A DNA stretch of 12,889 bases from Nitrosomonas europaea (GTDB lineage: Bacteria; Pseudomonadota; Gammaproteobacteria; Burkholderiales; Nitrosomonadaceae). This document shows positions 7,070-12,889 of this stretch, in pieces (the stretch's first letter is position 1; each line of letters begins with the position of its first letter). The stretch lies in contig NZ_FUWK01000057.1 of NCBI RefSeq assembly GCF_900167395.1, positions 1-12,889 on the forward strand, read 5' to 3'. The translations under genes and the position numbers were made by a program. Below the pieces are notes generated by a model, which was given only the letters and a program-made list of their open reading frames with translations, made no database searches and was not told where the DNA came from.

Positions 7070-7990
7070 ATGACAAATACGCGCAACGAAAATCTCGGCT
7101 ATGTGTACGGGCTGATCGCCGTTACTGCATTTGCCCTCACACTTCCGGCCATGCGGGCGGCACTGAGTGCGCTCGATCCCGTTTTCGTGGCGCTTGGCCG
7201 GGGAGCCGGTGCTGCTGTGCTGGCAGCCGTTTTTCTATGGTTCACTCGTCAGCGTTTACCAACACGTGAAGAAGCCAAAGGCTTGATCATCGTTGCAGCA
7301 GGCGCTGTGATCGGTTTTCCGCTGCTCGCTGCCTGGGCAATGCTGTATGTGGATGCTTCGCACGGCGGTGTTGTCCTCGGTATTCTTCCGTTGGCTACTG
7401 CGGTGGCAGCAGCCCTGTTTTCCAATGAACGTCCTTCTATGAAATTCTGGCTGTTTGCACTGATAGGGGCGGGGCTGGTGGTCGGCTATTCGCTCAGTCG
7501 AGCGGGTGGAACACTCCACCCGGCTGATCTTGCGCTGTTCGGTTCTATCGTTTGTGCCGGTGTCAGTTATGCGGAAGGAGCAAGGCTGTCCAAATCACTG
7601 GGCGGGCCGCAGGTCATTTCGTGGGCGCTGGTTTTTTCTTTTCCCATCCTGATCATTCCTGCCATTCATTACGCACCGGTATCGCTGAATCTGCCGCTCG
7701 AATCCTGGCTGGGATTCATTTACCTCACGGTCATCAGCCAGTACCTCGGCTTCTTTCCCTGGTATCACGGACTTGCTCTCGGTGGTATCGCAAAAGTAGG
7801 GCAAACCCAGTTGCTGCAACCGTTTCTGACCATCATTGCCTCCGTATTGCTACTGGGAGAACACGCAGATCTCATGACCTGGCTGGTGGCCACTCTCGTG
7901 GTTGCAGTCGTTGCCGTCGGCAAACATGCTCAGGTGAAACACAATGATCCCGAGTCAGCAACCATAGCAGATACCAGCCCCCACAGCTGA
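7070..7990 (+). CDS. EamA/DMT-superfamily transporter (10-TMS permease), substrate unknown
   Basis: 306-aa highly hydrophobic protein with two EamA-like halves. AAGG lies 6 nt upstream of the ATG. Confidence 0.75.
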   Translation: MTNTRNENLGYVYGLIAVTAFALTLPAMRAALSALDPVFVALGRGAGAAVLAAVFLWFTRQRLPTREEAKGLIIVAAGAVIGFPLLAAWAMLYVDASHGGVVLGILPLATAVAAALFSNERPSMKFWLFALIGAGLVVGYSLSRAGGTLHPADLALFGSIVCAGVSYAEGARLSKSLGGPQVISWALVFSFPILIIPAIHYAPVSLNLPLESWLGFIYLTVISQYLGFFPWYHGLALGGIAKVGQTQLLQPFLTIIASVLLLGEHADLMTWLVATLVVAVVAVGKHAQVKHNDPESATIADTSPHS

Positions 7991-8078
7991 CGACTTCCTC
8001 CATCGTTTTCTGTGCTTGAATCTTTGCTTCTGATCGGGTTATCAACCATACGATCAATTCAACTGCGCGATTCAGGTT

Positions 8079-10484
8079 TTATCTTTTCTCTTTCGCTCGT
8101 GCCAGTGCAAGGGCCAGCGCACCGGCAGGTTCAGATTTCCCTGTTCTGGACGCAGTCTGTAGTGAACGGGAACCTCGCCGGGATTGTCGGTCATCCGGCC
8201 TGGCTTTTCGTGTTTCCGGCTGGCTGATTGTTTCAGGAATATCGTCGATTCGCATAGTCAGGCTGATACGTTGGCGTACCGCATCCACCGTCAGTACCCT
8301 GACCTTGACGACTTGCCCCGGTTTGACGATCTGATGGGGGTCTTTGATGAATTTGTTCGCTAGCGCAGAAACATGCACCAGACCATCCTGATGCACGCCA
8401 ATATCGATAAATGCACCGAAAGCGGCTACATTGGTCACGACACCTTCGAGAATCATCCCGGGTTGTAAATCGGTGATTGATTCAATCCCTTCCTGAAAAA
8501 CGGCTGTTTTGAATTCCGGACGCGGATCACGGCCGGGTTTTTCCAGCTCGGTCAGGATATCGCGCACGGTTGGCAAACCAAAGGTTTCATCGGTAAATTC
8601 TTCGGCAGAAAGCCCTTTGAGTGTGCCCGGCTGGCCCATCACCTGCCCGATTCCCTTCTTCAGGCGCGCCAGGATACGTTCGACCACCGGATAGGCTTCC
8701 GGGTGAACAGCGGAACGATCCAGTGGATTATCACCATCGTTGATGCGCAGGAAACCTGCAGCCTGTTCGAATGTTTTTTCCCCCACACGCGGCACCTTGA
8801 GTAGCGTTTGCCGGTTTGAAAACGGGCCATGGGCATCACGATAGCTGACGATGTTCTGCGCAAGTACACGATTGAGACCGGAAACCTGAGCCAGCAGCGG
8901 AGCAGATGCGGTATTGACATCCACACCGACCGCATTGACGCAATCTTCCACCGTAGCATCGAGTGATCGCGCCAGAATACGCTGATTCACATCGTGCTGA
9001 TACTGGCCGACGCCAATCGATTTGGGTTCGATCTTGACCAGTTCTGCCAGGGGATCCTGCAAGCGTCTGGCAATGGAAACAGCACCGCGCAGGCTCACAT
9101 CCAGATCGGAAAATTCTGCTGCAGCCAGTGCGGACGCTGAATAAACCGAGGCGCCTGCCTCGCTGACAACAATTTTGGTCAGCTTCGATTCGGGGGACTG
9201 TTCCGCAACCAGCCTGACAACTTCGGTAGCCAGTTTGTCGGTTTCCCGGCTTGCTGTCCCGTTGCCAATCGAAATCAGTTCAACGCCATGCCGGTGTACC
9301 AGTTGCACGAGGGTTGCCAGCGAACCCTGCCAGTCATTCCGTGGCTGATGCGGATAAATCGTCACGGTTTCCAGCAATTTCCCGGTAGCATCGACCACAG
9401 CCACTTTGCAGCCGGTACGGTAACCCGGATCGAGCCCGAGCACGGCCTTGGGGCCTGCCGGAGCCGCCAGCAGCAATTCACGCAAGTTCCGGCTGAAAAT
9501 CCTGATCGCCTCTGTTTCTGCCGCTTCACGCACCTGCAACAACAGTTCGGTAGTGAGATGCAGATGTACTTTGACACGCCAGGCCCACTGGCAAACATCC
9601 CCAAGCCATTTATCCGCTTTCCGATCACGGTTTTCGATCCCGAAATGTGTTGCAATCATGGCGATGCAGGGATGTGGAATGCTCTCCCGGGCTGTTTCGT
9701 CCAGATCCAGATCGATTCTGAGCACGCCCAGCGCACGACCGCGAAACAATGCCAGTGCACGGTGCGATGGAATCAACCGTACCGGTTCGGTATAAGCGTA
9801 ATAGTCACGGAATTTTTCTTCCTCTGCCTTTTCCTGACCGGCAACGACTGTCGAAGTCACCACCCCCTCCTGCCAGAGCTTGCTACGCAGTACAACGAGC
9901 AAATCCGCTGTCTCCGCAAAGCGTTCAGCCAGAATATCGCGCGCACCTTCAAGTGCTGTTTTCGTATCGGGAACATTGATCGCTTCCACCCCCTCAGCAG
10001 CCGGCACCACCTTGATATATTTTGCGGCTTCCTGCTCAGGATCGAGTGTCGGATCTGCCAGAAGCGTATCCGCTAGCGGCTCCAGTCCGGCTTCACGTGC
10101 GATTTGTGCCCGGGTGCGGCGCTTCGGCCTGTAAGGCAAATAAATATCTTCCAGAAGCTGCCTGGTAGCAGCCTGATCGATGGCATGACGCAGTTCATCG
10201 GTGAGCTTGCCCTGCTCCTCGATCGAAGCCAGGATAACTTGTCGTCGTGCTTCCAGCTCACGCAGATAAGCCAGCCGCTCTTCCAGCAAGCGCAGTTGTG
10301 TGTCGTCCAGGTTACCGGTCGCCTCTTTGCGATATCGCGCAATAAAGGGTACGGTTGCCCCCTCATCCAGCAGCATTACCGCTGCGCTGATCTGCCGCGG
10401 TGCGACATCAAGTTCTTCGGCGATGGTGTTGATGATTTTTTTCTGCGTTGGCTCTGAAACAGCAGATGGGGCTGTAGAAGTCAT
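8079..10484 (-). CDS. tex: Tex transcription accessory protein (S1 RNA-binding domain protein)
   Basis: [44 protein letters not shown] is the conserved Tex N-terminus. A YqgF/RuvC-like region and HhH region follow, then a C-terminal S1 domain ([31 protein letters not shown]) and a basic tail. I chose the ATG at 10484 (MTSTAPS...). The track start at 10541 is a TTG that adds a non-homologous FLFRFLFF extension. Confidence 0.9.
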   Translation of the reverse strand: MTSTAPSAVSEPTQKKIINTIAEELDVAPRQISAAVMLLDEGATVPFIARYRKEATGNLDDTQLRLLEERLAYLRELEARRQVILASIEEQGKLTDELRHAIDQAATRQLLEDIYLPYRPKRRTRAQIAREAGLEPLADTLLADPTLDPEQEAAKYIKVVPAAEGVEAINVPDTKTALEGARDILAERFAETADLLVVLRSKLWQEGVVTSTVVAGQEKAEEEKFRDYYAYTEPVRLIPSHRALALFRGRALGVLRIDLDLDETARESIPHPCIAMIATHFGIENRDRKADKWLGDVCQWAWRVKVHLHLTTELLLQVREAAETEAIRIFSRNLRELLLAAPAGPKAVLGLDPGYRTGCKVAVVDATGKLLETVTIYPHQPRNDWQGSLATLVQLVHRHGVELISIGNGTASRETDKLATEVVRLVAEQSPESKLTKIVVSEAGASVYSASALAAAEFSDLDVSLRGAVSIARRLQDPLAELVKIEPKSIGVGQYQHDVNQRILARSLDATVEDCVNAVGVDVNTASAPLLAQVSGLNRVLAQNIVSYRDAHGPFSNRQTLLKVPRVGEKTFEQAAGFLRINDGDNPLDRSAVHPEAYPVVERILARLKKGIGQVMGQPGTLKGLSAEEFTDETFGLPTVRDILTELEKPGRDPRPEFKTAVFQEGIESITDLQPGMILEGVVTNVAAFGAFIDIGVHQDGLVHVSALANKFIKDPHQIVKPGQVVKVRVLTVDAVRQRISLTMRIDDIPETISQPETRKARPDDRQSRRGSRSLQTASRTGKSEPAGALALALARAKEKR

Positions 10485-10830
10485 GAAGTTTGTGAAAAAG
10501 AGAAATCGAAAGAGAAAATCGAGAGCAAAACCGGATATCAATGAGAAAAATCCTGAGATTTCTTACGCCTCAGCCAATCTGGCGTAGTTGTGCTCAGATC
10601 TTCAGATGAATATACCGCCATAAATGAATCGCAATATATCGTGTCTACCTGCAAATTTCATCACTCGGGCAAAGGCGCATATTCTAATTAATATATTATC
10701 CGAAAGGCAGGAAAGTAAGCCGGTAATCCGGCATTTCCCTGCACCCGCCGTAAATATAAAAACAGGTATTTCCGCAGCCTGTCGATGGAGGAAACAACCT
10801 GACAGCCATAATCGACAAAGTCTTATCAGA

Positions 10831-11145
10831 TCAGGATGACAGTTTCATCAAGACCAGACCACTGATGATCAGGGCGGCTGCCAGAAGCCGCAAGGGAGTC
10901 ACTGATTCTCCCAACACAAAGATGCCTACCATAAATGCGCCTATTGCTCCAATCCCGGTCCAGATCGTATAGGCTGTGCCGAGCGGAAGTATTTTCATCG
11001 AGAGTGAAAGCAGCACAAAACTGGCAATTACACCCGCAATGGTAATGATGGAATAGACTGGGTTGGTAAAGCCATTCGAGAGTTTCATCGTGAAAGCCCA
11101 GCCCACTTCAAGTAAGCCCGCAAAAATCAGCATCATCCAAGCCAT
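10831..11145 (-). CDS. sugE: SMR-family guanidinium exporter (SugE/Gdx)
   Basis: MAWMMLIFAGLLEVGWAF...LPLGTAYTIWTGIGAIGAFMVGIFVLGES...LKLSS is near-collinear with E. coli SugE. The protein is 104 aa with 4 TMS. GGAG lies 5 nt upstream of the ATG at 11145. The longer track ORF (to 11214) reads through the riboswitch leader. Confidence 0.88.
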   Translation of the reverse strand: MAWMMLIFAGLLEVGWAFTMKLSNGFTNPVYSIITIAGVIASFVLLSLSMKILPLGTAYTIWTGIGAIGAFMVGIFVLGESVTPLRLLAAALIISGLVLMKLSS

Positions 11146-11165
11146 CTCATCTCCATTGAAAGATA

Positions 11166-11212
11166 CCAGGTCGTCCCGGATAGTAGATTGTCCCGAAGAT
11201 GAGGTCGTCCTC
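11166..11212 (-). promoter_or_regulatory. Guanidine-II (mini-ykkC) riboswitch in the sugE/gdx leader
   Basis: The minus strand reads UGAGG-ACGA-CCUCA (hairpin 1; core 11212..11201), then a roughly 20-nt linker, then CCGGG-ACGA-CCUGG (hairpin 2; 11179..11166). This is two short GC-closed hairpins, each with an ACGR tetraloop, placed about 20 nt upstream of the SD and ATG of an SMR exporter. That is the defining architecture and genomic context of mini-ykkC. Confidence 0.78.
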
Positions 11213-11230
11213 AATCAGGAAATTCGCGTT

Positions 11231-12508
11231 TTATTTGATTTGTCCCTGAATCATCCGCTGTAGCTGTTTCAGGTAAGGATAATAATGAACTTCTATCGAA
11301 TGACGGGGACGCGCAATAAATTGTTGTGCCCGGTTTCTCCCTTCTGATAGCGCCAATTTACGCCAGTTTAGTGGCAGCTGTATTTTGTTTGTTAATAATT
11401 GGCCTATCAACCTGGCCTGTATTTCGGCAAGTGGCCAAATGCAGCCCTGCGGCTGAATCAAGCCGACAAAAAACAAACTGGGATGATCCGGATGAAATAT
11501 TCGCAGGAAAAGTGGAATATGAGCCGCTTCTTCCCAGTCAAGAAAATCCCGATCAAAAAATGGGAAGCTGATTTTATAGCCGGTAGCAGCAATGAGCACA
11601 TCATACTGCGCTGTAGCGTTGTCAGCAAAATATACCGTTTGCCCGGAAACTTTCTGGATACCGGGGCGAGGATGCACTTTGCCATGTCGGATCTTATCGA
11701 ATAACGCTGAGTTGATGGTTGGGTGCGCCCGGGTTGGAGAAAAATCTGGCTCTGGTAATGCGTAATCATGATAACGCCCGATCTGGAGACGAAGGCTGAT
11801 TCTTTGTAGCCCATCCTGTACGCTTTGAGGCAGCCAGTGGAAAGTAGCGGCAAAAGTATCGGTAGGACGACCCATGATAAATTTGGGAATAATGTATTGT
11901 GGCGAACGCAAGCTGATATCTACTCGTGCAGCCACGCGGCTGGCTTCTACCGCGCAATCACACCCTGAGTTACCGGCACCGACTACGAGTATGCGTTTGC
12001 CTTCAAGCCCCTGGTTGGTTTTGTACTCATGCGCATGCAGATACTTTCCCGTGAAGCACTCTTTCCAGTCAGGATGGCGTGGTACGGAGTGATGACCATT
12101 GGCAACAAGCAAGTAGTCAAACTCTGCCTGAGTGCCATCATCCAGATGCAAACACCAGCGTTCTTTTTCAATCTTTTCAGCACGGAGCACCGCTGTATTG
12201 AATCGAATATAGTGATCCAGATGAAAATGCCGTGTGTACGCCTGGAAATACGCGAGTATTTGCTGGTGACTGGGGTAATCGGGATAATCGTCAGGCATCG
12301 GGAAGTCGCTGAACTGTGATAAAGCCTTGCTGGAAATGATATGAGTGGCTTCGCTTACGCTGCTGTGACTTGGAGCTGCTGTATATACCCAGTTGCCACC
12401 GATCTGGTCACTTTTCTCGAAACAGATGATCTCCTTCAACCCTGCATCGAGCAGATTTTTGATGGCAGTGAGACCAGAGCAGCCGCTACCGATGATTGCA
12501 ATCCTCAT
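11231..12508 (-). CDS. Class B flavin-containing monooxygenase (FMO family, FAD/NADPH-dependent)
   Basis: 425 aa with N-terminal FAD GxGxxG (IIGSGCSGL) and the FMO-identifying motif FxGxxxHxxxY (FTGKYLHAHEY). It also has a second NADPH GxGxxG (VVGAGNSGCD) and the ATGY motif (LIAATGYK). Confidence 0.85.
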   Translation of the reverse strand: MRIAIIGSGCSGLTAIKNLLDAGLKEIICFEKSDQIGGNWVYTAAPSHSSVSEATHIISSKALSQFSDFPMPDDYPDYPSHQQILAYFQAYTRHFHLDHYIRFNTAVLRAEKIEKERWCLHLDDGTQAEFDYLLVANGHHSVPRHPDWKECFTGKYLHAHEYKTNQGLEGKRILVVGAGNSGCDCAVEASRVAARVDISLRSPQYIIPKFIMGRPTDTFAATFHWLPQSVQDGLQRISLRLQIGRYHDYALPEPDFSPTRAHPTINSALFDKIRHGKVHPRPGIQKVSGQTVYFADNATAQYDVLIAATGYKISFPFFDRDFLDWEEAAHIPLFLRIFHPDHPSLFFVGLIQPQGCIWPLAEIQARLIGQLLTNKIQLPLNWRKLALSEGRNRAQQFIARPRHSIEVHYYPYLKQLQRMIQGQIK

Positions 12509-12576
12509 TGATTACCTTTTGTGGCTAGTACTTAGTCTTCAGACTCAATTCCCTGCCCTTGGGGTGTTAAGGCAAA

Positions 12577-12607
12577 TCGACATTTACGGATTTCCAACAT
12601 CTATAAT
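12577..12607 (+). promoter_or_regulatory. Candidate sigma70 promoter for the transposase
   Basis: A perfect TATAAT sits at 12602..12607, with TCGACA (5/6 match to TTGACA) at 12577..12582. The 19-bp spacer is longer than optimal. This is a by-eye call only. Confidence 0.25.
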
Positions 12608-12651
12608 TTTTGCTTTACTGAAAGAGGTTTAACATTTTCAGTGAGGAATGT

Positions 12652-12889
12652 ATGAAACGCTATGAATTGAACAGGGAGCAATGGCGTCGAATAGAGCCGT
12701 TTATACCGGGTAAAATTGGGGATCGTGGCCGACATGGCGCGGATAATCTATTGTTTATAAATGGTGTTTTATGGGTTTTACGCTCTGGTGCGCACTGGCA
12801 TGACCTGCCGGAGCGGTATGGCAAATGGAAAACTGCTCACAAACGCTTTACGCGGTGGGCACAGGCCGGTATTTGGGAAAAGATATTCG
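12652..12889 (+). CDS. IS5-family transposase (DUF4096-type N-terminal region / orfA), 5' partial, running off the window
   Basis: My own translation from the ATG at 12652 gives MKRYELNREQWRRIEPFIPGKIGDRGRHGADNLLFINGVLWVLRSGAHWHDLPERYGKWKTAHKRFTRWAQAGIWEKIF. It contains the conserved ...NGxxWxLRSGAxWxDLPERYG.W.T...RF.RW...G.W..I... signature of IS5/IS427-IS1031-group transposases. GAGGA lies 5 nt upstream of the ATG. The ORF track omits it because no stop codon is reached. Confidence 0.8.
   Translation, partial: MKRYELNREQWRRIEPFIPGKIGDRGRHGADNLLFINGVLWVLRSGAHWHDLPERYGKWKTAHKRFTRWAQAGIWEKIF

Larger units (their letters stand above)
12536..12889 (+). mobile_element. IS5-family insertion sequence, left part only; left terminus not resolved
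   Basis: The element is supported by the transposase N-terminus. The left inverted repeat must lie between the FMO start (12508) and the transposase ATG (12652). The start given is only tentative: it follows a TTAG (12532..12535), a favoured IS5-group target. The right end is needed to define the IRs. Confidence 0.35.

Noticed and set aside
10485-10541. N-terminal extensions in the track ORFs: tex from a TTG at 10541, sugE from 11214 and xthA from 4346.
   Set aside because: The extensions are non-homologous to the respective families. The tex extension is a phenylalanine-rich artefact of the repeat tract. The sugE extension reads through the riboswitch hairpins. The xthA extension would overlap the upstream gene. 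Internal ATGs reproduce the family-typical N-termini.
10624-10839. A 71-aa ORF on the + strand in the tex-sugE intergenic region.
   Set aside because: It has no SD and a basic, low-complexity composition, and it overlaps the sugE stop. The region is AT-rich intergenic DNA that most likely holds the tex promoter and the sugE terminator. A weak hairpin ACAGG-N11-CCUGU followed by UUUUUA on the minus strand (about 10763..10789) was too weak to call.
1-12889. A search by eye for CRISPR arrays, tRNA/rRNA genes and long direct or inverted repeats shared between the two mobile flanks.
   Set aside because: I saw no regularly spaced repeats, no cloverleaf-like segments and no shared terminal repeats. 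A computational scan (tRNAscan-SE, minced, self-dotplot) would be needed to exclude them rigorously.

Overview
The window is about 10.8 kb of ordinary proteobacterial chromosome at roughly 50% GC by eye, flanked by mobile DNA on both sides. The left 2.1 kb is visibly much more GC-rich. It holds a complete minus-strand bacterial group II intron (about 6..2012) encoding an En-less reverse transcriptase/maturase (107..1420). Removing the intron in silico joins GCCTA (1..5) to ACAAG... (2013 onward). This rebuilds a roughly 111-nt imperfect palindrome, GCCTAAC...GTTAGTT, that looks like an integron attC site. The intron therefore resembles a class C attC-targeting (IIC-attC) intron sitting in the last attC of a cassette array lying left of the window. 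The composition break is at about 2112-2118. The core genes are ampG, xthA, a small secreted cysteine-rich protein of unknown family, the divergent pair yjgA/pmbA, an EamA/DMT transporter and tex. An SMR guanidinium exporter (sugE/gdx) follows, preceded by a clear two-hairpin ACGA-loop guanidine-II (mini-ykkC) riboswitch that the ORF track cannot show. Next comes a class B flavin-containing monooxygenase. At the right edge is the 5' part of an IS5-family transposase, which is also missing from the ORF track because it runs off the window. I found no CRISPR array, tRNA or rRNA. I did not find a convincing multi-gene novel system. The intron/attC junction is the most unusual element.
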